Assembly (NCBI RefSeq): GCF_006345805.1
Contig: NW_021833437.1
Coordinates: forward strand, 1 to 64,000
Length of the DNA: 64,000 nt
DNA from: Octopus sinensis
Lineage: Eukaryota
Reading direction: 5' to 3'
In this document: positions 36,507-49,447 of the stretch, one piece after another
How the letters are laid out: each line of letters begins with the position of its first letter
How positions within the stretch are numbered: position 1 is the first letter of the stretch
The notes under the pieces: model-generated
What the model was told of the DNA's origin: nothing
The model's input: only the letters and a program-made list of their open reading frames with translations
Database searches by the model: none
Program-made: the position numbers and the translations under genes

Positions 36507-36908
36507 ATAGGCGCAGGAGTGGCTGTGTGGTAAGTAGCTTGCTTACGAACCACATGGTTCCGGGTTCAGTCCCACTGCATGGCATCTTGGGCAAGTGTCT
36601 TCTGCTATAGACCCAGGCCGACTAATACCTTGTGAGTGGATTTGGTAGACGGAAACTGAAAGAAGCCTGTCGTATATATGTATATATGTATATGTATGTG
36701 TGTGTATATGTTTGTGTGTCTGTGTTTGTCCCCCTAGCATTGCTTGACAACCGATTCTGGTGTGTTTACGTCCCCGTTCGGCAAAAGAGACCGATAGAAT
36801 AAGTACTGGGACTTACAAAGAATAAGTCCCGGGATCGATTTGCTCGACTAAAGGCGGTGCTCCAGCATGGCCGCAGTCAAATGACTGAAACAAGTAAAAG
36901 AGTAAAGA
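36507..36908 (+). mobile_element. SINE family S1, full length
   Basis: ATAGGCGCAGGAGTGGCTGTGTGGTAAG to GTAAAAGAGTAAAGAG. Confidence 0.92.
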
Positions 36909-37135
36909 GAGTGTACCCATTCACGTACACACATACACAGATGGATAAACACACACGTACGCACATATACACACATATGCATACATATATAGACATATAT
37001 AGACACGCACACACATTTTCATACAGACACGCATGCACGTATTCTTGCATAAATTAAAACTTTATACGTAGTTCAAAAACTTGGCTTTACGCATTTGCAT
37101 AACGTCATGTGATGGATTTAACCTTGTTTCAGGAC

Positions 37136-37611
37136 ATATTTCGGATCTTTTCGGTTTGAACGGCAGTTTTTTTCTAGCGATGTTATATGAAATTGTCACC
37201 CATAATTATGACCCTACTATCGATCTATTGCATTTCAATCTGTTTTAGGGTTAGGGTTAGAGTTAGGGTTAGGGTTAGAGTTAGGGTTAGTTAGGGTTAG
37301 GGTTAGGGGTGGGGGAAGGGTATCTTTTTTTTTCTTCAGAAATGTAAATAAACCCAATCTGTTTCTTAAACGAGGGACATATTCATACGGCACAGAATGT
37401 TTTCACCTCAATAGACGTCATTGATTGGTTGAAATCGCAGAAATTGAAGAAAAAAACAACAAATATCTTACAAACTATAGAATTTTCTCAATAAAGCCAA
37501 GAGAAAAAGATGTTTTATAAATACATTCTACCAGTATGCGAAGTTTAAAAGTGTTTAGTTACGTGGAAATTATTTTTAAAAACTGCCGGTCAAACCGAAA
37601 ATATCCCATAT
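37136..37611. mobile_element. MITE-like element with about 30-bp TIRs and an internal (TTAGGG)n-like tract (37245-37308)
   Basis: Left end GGATCTTTTCGGTTTGAACGGCAGTTTTT. The right end reverse-complements to GGGATATTTTCGGTTTGACCGGCAGTTTTT. Confidence 0.8.
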
Positions 37612-37704
37612 TTCTATTCCATCCCAGAGGATTTAAATGACAAAGCCGATACCAGTGGGCTTTGAACTCACTTATTTGTGACTATCAATGGAACTAGTGG
37701 AATA

Positions 37705-37850
37705 ATGACAGAGGGATCTACAGAAAATGGATGTAGATATTTCCAAAACAAAATTGGATCTCTTCCTGTCAACAGTTCCAGATGAACCTAATTCGGAGGA
37801 TGAACCTAATGCGCAAATATGAGTAGCGAAATCATACATCCTTGTTCATC
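37705..37850 (+). pseudogene. CR1/L2-group LINE ORF2 C-terminal fragment
   Basis: Reads DLQKMDVDISKTKLDLFLSTVPDEP, matching the recalled ..VD.FK.KLD.FL..VPDEP terminal motif. Confidence 0.6.
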
Positions 37851-38239
37851 AAATGCCACAGTTGAGATGAAGTTCTCAATAATAACAGTGTAGCAAAACA
37901 TGGCCGCAGCTTTGAGCTGAAACCGATAACAGAAAAATATCACGTGTGTGTGTCTGTGTGTGTGTCTTTGTCTGTGTTTTGTCTGTGAGTATACGCGTCT
38001 GTCTGTGTGTATGCATACGTAAACACATATATGTATAAGAGCCTACATAGAACTATATATACATACATATTAGTATGTACTTTCTGTGTTGTTCCTTAGT
38101 TCTAACTTTCGCTGAATAAACTAAATACTTCGCATTAGCTGCTACGTCTTAAAGGGTTTAAGACGATTACATAAAGTAACGGTTCCAGGCGTAGGACTGT
38201 GTGAATGTGTGTACGCTTGTATAAAACACTGCATTTATA

Positions 38240-38870
38240 TATGTGTGCGTGTGCGTGTGCGTGTGTATGGACATGTATGTATGTATGTATGTATGTATGT
38301 ATGTATGTATGTATGTATGTATGTACGTACGTGTATATATACGTATATATATATTTATATTTATATATATATAGTGTATATATATAAAGTATATATATAT
38401 TTGTGTGTGTATGTATGTATATATATATATATATATATAGCATAAATGTGTAGTTTATATGCATAAAGCATATATATATATATATATTTATATACATAAA
38501 GCATATATAAATCTATGTATATGTGTGAGTGTGTATAAGACATACATATATACATACATATGTGTTTATATGCATAAAGCATATACATATATATTTTATA
38601 TACATGTGTGTATATATATATGTGTGAATGTATGTATATATATATATATATATATATAAAGCCTATATATATATATATACGTAATGTTTGTGTATGTATG
38701 TATATATACATATATTGTGTATATATATATATAAAGCATATGTAAATCTATGTATATGTGTGAGTGTGTATAAGACATACATGTATACATATATATGTGC
38801 GTGTGTGTGTGTGTGTGTGTGTACATATATGATATACATTATAAATATGCATGTATGTATATATACAACT
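38240..38870. repeat. (TATG)n/(TA)n field with an internal degenerate duplication
   Basis: TAAATCTATGTATATGTGTGAGTGTGTATAAGACATAC occurs near 38507 and 38744. Confidence 0.9.
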
Positions 38871-39412
38871 TCAACACTCAATTACACAAGATAGCAGGAA
38901 ATGCAATATTGACGATTAACTCAATTCTACTTAATATTTCATAAATAATTTATCAATGTAACATATATAGAAAAATCAAAGTTCACATCGAGGATACTTG
39001 AATTGCTAATGCGCCGTTACGTCACTTAATTCTGCAATTCTAGGCGCACGTGTGTACCTGCGTGTGTATTCACACCCATATATGAGTGTGTTTATGTGTG
39101 AGTGGTGTGTGTGTGTGTGTGTGTATGAGAGTGTGTGTGCGCGTATGTGTGTATGTGTGTGGTTTCGTTAAACCAGTCTTTGATACCGTACTCAATGCTC
39201 CTAATTATTATTTATTTGAATATTGGGTCAATAAATTGTTTGTGCGCGTCCGTGTGCTCTCGCTCGTGTGTGTATGCATTGAAAAATCCGCTATTTCGAA
39301 TGAGATAGCGCGATGTTTTGAACTCTATTTAAATCCATGTATTCTTAATTCCGGCATTTCTTCCAGCATTTCACGCTCTGAATTCAAATGCTATTTCGCC
39401 TTCCAACATTTT

Positions 39413-39708
39413 GTGGTGGCGCAATGGCCCAGTGGTCGGTGGATCGCAGTTTCGATTCCCAAACCGGGTGTTGTGTGTGTTTATTGATCGCAGACACATA
39501 AAAGCTCATCGAGACTCCGGCAGAGGGTGGTGGCGACCCCTGTTGTACTCTTTCGCCACTGCTTTCTCACACTCTCTCTTCCTGTTTCTTGAGTAACGCT
39601 GTGATGGACTGGCATCCCGTTCAGCTGGGTGGAGGGACACACATACACCACAGAAACCGGGAAACCGGGCCCATGAGTTTGGCTAGGCTTGAAAAGAGTG
39701 ATGCTTAT
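39413..39708 (+). mobile_element. Diverged tRNA-derived SINE (S4 head, S5-like tail)
   Basis: GGCGCAATGGCCCAGTGGT head and GGAAACCGGGCCCATGAG tail. Confidence 0.8.
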
Positions 39709-40277
39709 CGTTTTATTCTTAATTCCAATCAATTTTAAAACATAATCTGCTCTTCGATTTTTTCCTTTCCTTTTTTTCCCTATTATATACAGTTGACAAA
39801 GTTACAAAGCGTATATCTGAGAACAAAATAAGCACAATATTTAGTTTGTCTTTGTATTAACACATCATATATTGCGTACACTTTACACGTGGTCACTAGT
39901 AAATAACTTAATCACTACGGGAAACCAGATCTTCAGAAAACAACAGTACTTTAATCCATATTTATTCACCAGCCTTGGTTTGCAGTACTATATATCAACT
40001 GCTTCTAAATTCTTTTCTGCTCTAGGTACAAGGTCCGAATTTTTTGTTATTCCTTAGTTTCAACTTTCAATAAATAAACACAATACTTCACATAACTGCT
40101 CTGATTGACCCCAGTATGCAACTAGTACTTAATTTATCGACCCCGAATGGATGAAAGGCGAAGTCGACGTCGGTGGAATTTGAAATCTGAACGTAAAGAT
40201 ACACGAACTACTTCTAAATTCGGAACATTCTATATATCATAGTTATAAAAATGAAGATTATATGTTTTGTTTGTTTG

Positions 40278-40435
40278 TTGGCACTCCGTCGCTTACGACG
40301 ATGAGGGTTCCAGTTCATCCGATCAAAGGAACAGGCTGTACGTGAAATTAACGTGCAAGTGGCTGAATACTCTACAGACACGTGTACCCTTAACGTAGTT
40401 CTCAGGGACATTCAGCGTGACACAGTGTGTGTAAA
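40278..40435 (-). mobile_element. 3' part of an S4 SINE
   Basis: GGCACTCCGTCG...CACGTGTACCCTTAACGTAG...CAGCGTGACACAG. Confidence 0.8.
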
Positions 40436-40544
40436 ACAGGCAAGATTTTCCGTCGGTTCTTCAGCCCGACGTTTCCCGAGTACTCGCAAAATATTACTAA
40501 TTATTTTGAGGATCACTGAACATTCCAATTCCACTATATATGCA

Positions 40545-40691
40545 TTGAGTCGAACCAGGGGCAGCTGATGAAGGGGAATTTTCCTTGTATTGTTTGTCCT
40601 GTTTTTTCGTTGTTAAAAAAAGCCCGTTTCCTTGTTTGATTTTATGTTTACGTTTCTCGTTGTGTTCTACGTTTATTTGTGTTGTCCTGTA

Positions 40692-40695
<4 letters not shown>
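40545..40695 (+). mobile_element. Family B element, 3' part
   Basis: GAGTCGAACCAGGGGCAGCTGATGAAGGGG...TGTCCTGTACTCAT is homologous to the reverse complement of 46235-46400 and ends at (TA)n. Confidence 0.6.
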
Positions 40696-40725
<30 letters not shown>

Positions 40726-40900
40726 TGTATATATACATATAGATGTAAGTATGTACATATATGTACGTATATATGCATATGTTTTATTTATTTATTATAT
40801 TGTTATATATGTATATATGTGTGTGTGTGTGTGTGTGTAGATATGCAGATATACGTACATGTTCACATAGACATACACATATATATATCTGTGTGTGCCT

Positions 40901-40940
<40 letters not shown>

Positions 40941-40944
40941 TATA

Positions 40945-40990
<46 letters not shown>

Positions 40991-41543
40991 GTATATATAT
41001 TTATATAAATATATATACACACAATCCTGCATACATAATTAAATATGTACGCACACGTATGCCTAGATGTGGAAATATTAGTGCATTTATAGACATACAT
41101 AATGAATCATAATATAATAGATACACATAGATAAACCGTTTAATTTCGATCGAATACACTTAGACGTTTCCTAAACAGTACCAAAAAAAAACTAAAAAAA
41201 ACTAAAAAAGAAAGAAACAGTAATAAAACGCAAAGAGAAATAAAATTATGATGAATAACTTCTTTTACAGGAAAGATAAAACGGTCATTTTTATACGGAA
41301 CCTAACAATACTTGACAGTCTCATTGATTCTCAGGTTAGGATAAAGCACGAAACGGCAAGCAAAAAATTTTTGAAGAGAATTAACCAAGATGGCTTATAA
41401 TATAAGATGACTGATTATCTCTGTTTTTATATTCTGTTTTTTTTTTTGGGGGGGGGGTCTTGTTTGCTATTCATCCATTTGGCTTTTGGAGTTTGTTTTC
41501 GAACACTTGCCAGTGTTGTACTTATTTGTTCATGCCTTTATTT

Positions 41544-41577
<34 letters not shown>

Positions 41578-41773
41578 CATTTCTTACAGAAATTTTGGTA
41601 AAATTCCAAGAATAAAATTTGCCTATACAATCAGTTCCTCCTGCAGATATTTCACCTTATCTCGCAATTGTTGATGGCTTCCTTATTATTTCCGCTCTGC
41701 AAACCAATAATAAAAACGAATAGTCCGGCTATAGACATACATACATAGACATACATTCATACATACATATCAC

Positions 41774-41806
<33 letters not shown>

Positions 41807-41873
41807 TATTAGTATATATATATAATATTATATATATATATGTATATGTATAAATGTACATCATATATATATC

Positions 41874-41918
<45 letters not shown>

Positions 41919-42099
41919 TATGTATATATATGTGTGTATATATGTGGGTGTGCGCATGCGTATATTTGTATTGGTTTACTGTGAACGAATAGACTAATTT
42001 ATTTTTAAATTTCGTCTACATGTCGGTTTGCCATAAAAACTATTGGGATGGTGATTTTTATCCTGTGGTCGTATAGGCGTTGGTCTTGCCGTTATGTTT

Positions 42100-42620
42100 G
42101 ATGGTAGTGGTGGTGTTGGGGATAAATAATAGTACTGGTGGTGCTGATAGTAGGACAATGGTGGTGGTGGTGGTGGTGGTGAGGATTGTGGTGATAGCAG
42201 TGACGGCGGTGTTGGTGTTGTTGGTGATGGTGAAGGTAGTGGTGCTGATAGGAAAATGAAGTTCATTTGACGGTGAAGTTGCAGTAAATATAGCTATCAT
42301 AAATGAGACAGTATGACGATGGTGATGATGATGATGAGGAGGAGGAGGAGGATGGTGTTGATGATGATGGGGAGGAGGAGGTGGAGGAGGAGGAGGAGGA
42401 TGATGATGAGGAGGATGACGATGATAATGATGATGGTGAAAATGATGATGATGATGATGATGATGATGGGGTGTGGTTGGTGGTGGTGGTGGTGGTGGTG
42501 GTGGTGGTGGTGGTGGTGGTTATGATGACGACGACGACGGCGGTGACGGCGAGAAAGATGATGATGATCATGATCATGATGATGACCCCCACCACCACCA
42601 CCACCACCATCATCACCACG
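42100..42620. repeat. (GGT)n/(GAG)n/(GAT)n/(CAC)n compound microsatellite
   Basis: Directly visible. Confidence 0.93.
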
Positions 42621-42793
42621 ATGAAGACAAGGATAAGGGGTATTCGGAGGTTGCAATGCAATTCCTCTGGGCTGCAAAAGTATGTCGAAACCGTGCATCT
42701 CAGCTCAAAAATCTTAGTTCTTATCCAGGCAAGAGAAACGTGAATGTACGCACATACGTATGTGTGTATGGTGTGTGTGTGTGTGTGTGTGTG

Positions 42794-43085
42794 TGAAGGC
42801 GCGTGGTTCAGTGGTTATAGTGTTGCACTCATGATTGCGAGGTCGTGTGTTCGATTCCCAAACCGGGCGATGTGTTGTGTTCTCGAGCAAAGCACTTCAT
42901 TTCAGGTTGCCCAACGACCATTTCGTCATCTCACATGCGTCACCAGTTGCACCTGTACAGGTAATGTCGGTCTGGTGGAGGGAGTGAGCTTATGTCTACA
43001 CAAACATTTGATCATTAATCATCTGTGTGGTTGTTCGGTAAGAAATTCTCGAGCCTTCATACGTCGTCTAACGACGAGAGAGTCC
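42794..43085 (+). mobile_element. Older tRNA-derived SINE (S3-like head)
   Basis: GAAGGCGCGTGGTTCAGTGGTTA head and GTTCGATTCCC B-box. The tail GACGAGAGAG is shared with 57798-58085. Confidence 0.75.
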
Positions 43086-44682
43086 ATCTCATATACATTT
43101 ATAAGTATGTATGTACGTATGCATGTTCTGAGCATTACACCAAACTGCATCCTTTAGTGGGACTCCGGTTAAAAAGATCCATGGTTTTCAGGAGAATGCA
43201 ACTACCCCTTACTCACTATTTTCCTAGGTCTACTCTGACCCGGTGCAGTAGCGCCTGTCACGGTTCCTTCAATAGGTTTAACTAGCATATGTGATGACAA
43301 TCCAAATGAGAACGAGGATGCAGCAGTTATGGCCTTGGGTCTGTTGTTGTTGTTGTTGTTAAGCAACAAGACGGGTAAGGGTGATTAGGTGATGGTCTAG
43401 AGCTTAGGGGCGGGAGACCCCAGAACTTGAAAAAAAAACTTTGGTCGTCTTGTTGTAGTCGAGGGCTCTTCGTTGACGCCCGTCACCACTAGGAGATGGC
43501 CCTCGAAGTCGCTGGAAATGGAGATCTCCAGTTCCAAATTCTTGAACGGCTGGCCTTGGGTCTTGGAGAAGTTGGGATGTTGTGTTCTTCAGTAAAGCAA
43601 AGAAAATATAAAACAAAGCAAACATTGATTCATGTAATCCTAGATATATTTATATCAGAATTAATGTCATTATGATCCCATTCGAACGTCATTTTGATTT
43701 TATATCTGACCTTGTGTTAAACATTCTTTTATTCAATGTTTAAACATTTGTGTAAAGACCGAGAGACTTGGAATTAATAAATAAAAATATATTGAGCAGG
43801 CAAAAAAAATGTTCAAGAATTTTCCGTTTTAATTCTAATTCTCATTTTCTTCGGGCGCGTGTTGTTTCTTTATTGACATCATATTGTAACAACATGACAT
43901 TGCCATAATGCTGTTTAACATGGATTGCATCATTCTGCATATAATGCGCACTACTTCAGAACCATTCGAATCGAGAATATTATGAAAACAAATTTAAGGA
44001 GAATAGTTTGTTTTTTTAGGGTTGTTTATTTTTAAGAAACAAATAAAATCATACGTAGCCAAAACCAAAGACTAAATCTATAAAAAATAAATTTAAACAA
44101 CAAACATGAACGCAAAACACAAAGAATTATCAGTCAGTAAACAGATGAGAAAAGCAACTAAAAAAGAAACAAAATGGCGGACAAAACAAATGAGCGAGCG
44201 ATCTGTCCTTCAAGCTGATAGACAGGGAAGACACTACAAACTGTTGGCGTTCGGGATTCATGCATTTTAAAAGGATTTAATCAAGCTTTCATTTCTATTT
44301 CGTTATCATTCTTGTTTTCAAATAAATCGCATCCCACCTCACATACTCAATACTGAATTCTCTTCTTTCGGTAAAAATTGAGAAAATTGTATTTAAGTCA
44401 GGAATCAACAGGAAGGAAGTTTCCTTGTTTTAATTTCATTTCTCTTTTTGAGTTGTTTGTTTTTGTGATTGTTTTTATTTTGTTTTCGCTTTGTTTTTGG
44501 TTTGTTTCTTTTTACATGGAAACCAATGCCGCTGAACATGGATTAAAGATTAGAGAACGGAGAAGCAGAGTAGAATGAGACAAGATTAGCAAGCCAAGAT
44601 ATCTATCATCTTCAGAGAGAGAGACAGAAAGAGAGAGAGAGAGAGAATTAAAAGCATTTCTATATTTGAATGTATCTATCTA

Positions 44683-44734
<52 letters not shown>

Positions 44735-44755
44735 ATCTATCTATCTATCTATCTA

Positions 44756-44803
<48 letters not shown>

Positions 44804-44806
<3 letters not shown>

Positions 44807-45175
44807 TCTTTTACTTGTTTCAGTCATTTGACTGCAGGCATAATAGAGCACCGCGTTTAGTCGAAGAAATCGACGCCAGGACATATTTTTTGTTAGCCTA
44901 GTACTTATTCAATCGATCTCTTTTGTCGAACCGCTAAGTTACGGGAATGTAAACACACCAAATACATACACATATTCACACACACACATATATATATATA
45001 TATACATATATACGACGGGCTTCTTTCAGTTTCCGTCTACCACATCTACCCACAAGGCTTTGGTCGGTCCGAGGCTCTAGTAGAAGACACTTGCCCAAGG
45101 TACCACGCAGTGGAACTGAATCCGGAACCATGTGGTTGTAAGCAAGCTACTTACCACACAGCCTCCCCTGTGCCT
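44804..45175 (-). mobile_element. SINE family S1
   Basis: Collinear with other S1 copies, with an internal deletion. Confidence 0.85.
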
Positions 45176-45179
45176 ATAC

Positions 45180-45520
<341 letters not shown>

Positions 45521-46045
45521 GATTGTATTTTGTTCGCTTATTTTATAAACATATCTTTCCACTCGATCTGAGTTCTAAAGAAAATGATAATTACACTGTG
45601 AAGAACATGTATGCATACACAGATACACAAGCAGTCACGCACAGACATTCACGCACACACAGCATATATGCTCAAGCACACCCACACAAACACACACACA
45701 CATATATATCTGTGTTTACATTTCTGTGTGAGTGTATGTATATGAGTGTGTGTGGGGGGGGGACGAAAATATGAACGAGTATGTAGAGATGTAGGGAAGG
45801 TGAAGAAGGTGAAGAACAAAACAAGGAAGAAAGGCCTATGAGTGTGTGTGTGTGTGTGTGTGTGTGTTTGGATGAGATAGCTATACTCCAATAATTATAT
45901 GAAGACACATTAGACACACGGATGATTAATTAAAATCTAATAGGTTTTGTAGCGTTCTGGGCTGGGGTGATATACAAAGATATGGTACGGTAGATTTAGT
46001 CATTTATATATACTCATACATGCATAGCTATGTGCCTTTATATAT

Positions 46046-46102
<57 letters not shown>

Positions 46103-46234
46103 CGTGTGTGTGCCTGTGTGTATACATACATGTGTATATATATATAATAACAAATGTATAAATAAAACATATGCATATATACATACATATATGTACATAA
46201 CTACGTCTATATGTATATATACATGCATATATGG

Positions 46235-46500
46235 GTACAGGACACCAAATAACGTAGAACACAATGAGAAACGAAAACATAAAAACAAAAACAAGGAAAC
46301 GGACTTTTTCAAACAACGACAAAACAGAGTACAAGTCATACAACACAAGGAATATTTCCCTTCTTCAGCTGCCCCTGCTTCGACTACTCCACGTTTCGAA
46401 GGTAAGGGCAAAACACGACTTCGTTGAAACAATCCTTTCCGCAAAGCAAATTAAATAAAATTTGGGATTTTTTGCGGAGGGGTAAAAGTGGTGACAGGAA
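46235..46500 (-). mobile_element. Family B element (pLTR-like, split hammerhead-like motifs)
   Basis: Minus strand has CCTTC-GAAACGT...GCAG-CTGAAGA-AGG..CCT, then a T-rich tail ending at (TA)n. Confidence 0.55.
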
Positions 46501-46529
46501 CAGAACAGTAAAAACAAAACAAAGCAGTA

Positions 46530-46940
46530 AAAGCAATAAAAGAAAAACGACCAACTTTGGTTTCGAGACCAAAGGTGTACTTCCATCAGGATCTTGCTCG
46601 GTCACATACAGTCATGATGACATTTCAAAGGCTGAAGCAGTTTGAATGGGAAACGATGTCCCACCCTCCATATTCGCCGGACATTGCCCCATCTGATTAT
46701 CATTTATTCTGCAATCTTCAAAATCATTTGGATGGAAAAAATATGGATTCTGTAGAGGAGGTCAGAACAGTACTGGGGGAATACTTTTCGTTACGGGCAA
46801 GCGAATTTTGAAAGACGGGCGTTGCAAGTCTACCAGATATATGGAAGAACATTGTAGAAAATGAAGGAGAGTATATTTTAGATTAAAAAAGAACTTTGTT
46901 TTTCTTAATTTTGAAGAACAAAAGAAGTAAAAAAAACGCA
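46530..46940 (+). pseudogene. Mariner (DD34D) transposase C-terminal fragment with 3' flank
   Basis: Reads KRPTLVSRPKVYFHQDLARSHT...HPPYSPDIAPSDYHLFCNLQNHLDGK...F*..GVASLPDIWKNIVENEGEYILD*. Canonical HPPYSPDLAPSDY motif, one in-frame stop. Confidence 0.9.
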
Positions 46941-46950
46941 TTATTTACAA

Positions 46951-47034
<84 letters not shown>

Positions 47035-48091
47035 TATATCATGCTTATATTTATAAGTGTGTGTACATATTTTCATATGCATATGTATGCATACATGCAT
47101 TATGCATATATGTATTTATTCAGAATATTCCATGAGTATAGTTCTAACAGTTTTTAATTAGCGAAAATTTTAATACATATAATATATCCAGCAGCTTTAG
47201 AAGATTAGCAGATGCTTAATGCAAGACTTCTGTTTGAAAATTTACTCATTATTTTTAATTTACTCGTTTAATGATTTTTGTTTAATTAATTTTATATAGC
47301 TTTGCACTGATCCAGTTTCAAAGCCTACGTTATGCAATGATTTATGAAGCCATAAAAACAAATACTTTTAAAGAAATATTAAATACGCCATTTATTTAAT
47401 CGATCGTCGACATTTCGTCCTTTGTTCCTCCTAGCTTGAGTGCAAAACCATGAGTATATGTACGTCCATGTGTATGTGTATAGCTGTATGTGTGCGCATG
47501 TGGCTGTATATGTTTATGTTTGTGCAAATATCATTCCTCTTTTTGTTGTTACTGTTTTTTTTATTAATCGCACAGATTGATTTTTTTCCTTGCTTTATTG
47601 ATTTTTAATTATTTTAATTTAATTTTTGCTCTATTGTTAAATATATCATGCAAGGATCAATTTGCTCAACAAGAAACATTATCATTTTCATTATTGTTAT
47701 TATTATTAATATTATTATTATTATTGTTGTTGTTGTTGTTAGTCAACTAGTTAACCGATTAACCAATAAACTAATCAATTACTAGATTAATCGTTTAATG
47801 AATCTGTCAGTTAAATGCTCGTGTCAATGTCCTTTCGTCGTCTTCCTAACTTCCTCCGTGATCTGCCCTCGCTACTTGAGATTTTTCCCGTTGACACTAT
47901 CTATTACTATAAAACATTTTATTGATGTTGCTATAAAACATTTTATTGATGTTGCTTGACGTCTGAATAAGACTGGTCAAACCTATAATCAAAGACACTC
48001 AAGTCATGACCATCCAGGATCAAATTTTATCTAACGTAACTCAAAATGTTTGACGGAGATTTTAGCGAAGAGTCTTACAAATGAGTAACGA

Positions 48092-48420
48092 GCGAAGGCA
48101 AATGGCTAAGTGCTTAGAGCATTGGGCTTACAATAATGTGGTTGTGAGTTTCATTCCCACACCAGGCTGTGTTGCGTCCTTGAGCAAGGCACTTTATTTC
48201 ACGTTGTTCCAGTTCATTCAACTGTAGAAATGAATCGTAATGTCCCTCGTGCCAAGCTGTATCGGCCTTTGCTTTTCCAGTGGACAACATCAGTGGCGTA
48301 GAGAGGGGAGGCTGGTGTCCATGGGTGACTGCTGGTCTTCCAAAAACAACCTTGCGCGGACTTATGCTTCGGAGGGAATATTTCTAGGTGCAATCCCATA
48401 GGCATCCATGACCAAGGGAG
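48092..48420 (+). mobile_element. Diverged S3 SINE
   Basis: Collinear with the S3 copies, including CCAAGCTGTATCGGCCTTTG and GGTGCAATCCCAT. Confidence 0.85.
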
Positions 48421-49447
48421 TTTTTTACTCTTTACAGTAGGAGCTCTACCGAGCATTCTATTTCATTCTCCTTCAGCCACTTGTTTATATATTGGCTTAC
48501 TGCTCCCAACGCACTAATTACTATAGGTACGACCTTTATTGTTCGCATGCTCCAAATTCTTCCAATTTCAAATTTTAAGGGATTGTATTTTTTTCTTCTA
48601 TTTCATTTTTCTTCCTCTTTCTTTACGGTCCTGGAATCAAACGAGTATGATGGGTCGATACGTATAAAATTCGCTTTTCCTTATCTATAATCGTTACGTC
48701 TGGTCGATTATATTTTCTAATTTTTTGTCTGCCGTTTTTCTTGCTTTGATGTCGTTGCGTTGTAATCAGTTCACTAGGTAGCTAATTAACTAATCAATTG
48801 GATGATCGAATACTTGATCTACTAATCAGTTGTTTCGTCCACCTGTAGCCTTATCGATGACAGGCTGTCATCTGCTCCACTTTGTACTATCGTGAACCTT
48901 CTTTTAGTTTTACAACTAATTATACTGCCTTTGTTTTTTTATCACAATTTACACTGCTTGAATTTTGTATGGTGTGTCGTTTTAATTAGCACAAAACATA
49001 GTACAAGTAGTAGCATTAGTCGTTTTAATTATGATAATGTTATGTACGCTTTTTGCGCTTCATGAACAGTGCTTTTGTTTGTAGTATGATCTTGTCTATG
49101 TATTTGTTTGTTGTTTACTCACGTATGTCAATACTTACTAGTTGAGCTTGTTGTTAGATAGATGTTCTTTCGTGTTTTGAACTTTTGGCCTTGTGGCCTT
49201 TGGGGTTTTTTTCCGTTTCTGCACAAATAATTTTCTTATTAGCGCATATAAATTCGTCCAACCATGTGTGAAAATGTCTTATCAACATGCATAAACACAT
49301 AAACACATACATACTAGTACCAGTGTATGTATATACAGACGTATATATATATATGTGCGAACAAACATATATCTATTTATATACACATGCGTATATACAC
49401 ATTCTTTTCTTCTTTTACTTGTTTCAATCATTTGACTGCGGCCATGT

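Noticed and set aside
37245-37308. True telomere or chromosome-fusion scar
   Set aside because: The tract is short, degenerate and enclosed by TIRs, so a MITE explains it better.
40450-40478. Minus-strand GAAAC-GTC-GGG-CTGAAGA hammerhead-like pieces
   Set aside because: Only 3 nt separate the cleavage triplet from CTGAAGA, so stem I cannot form. The downstream GAAAATC has no stem III.
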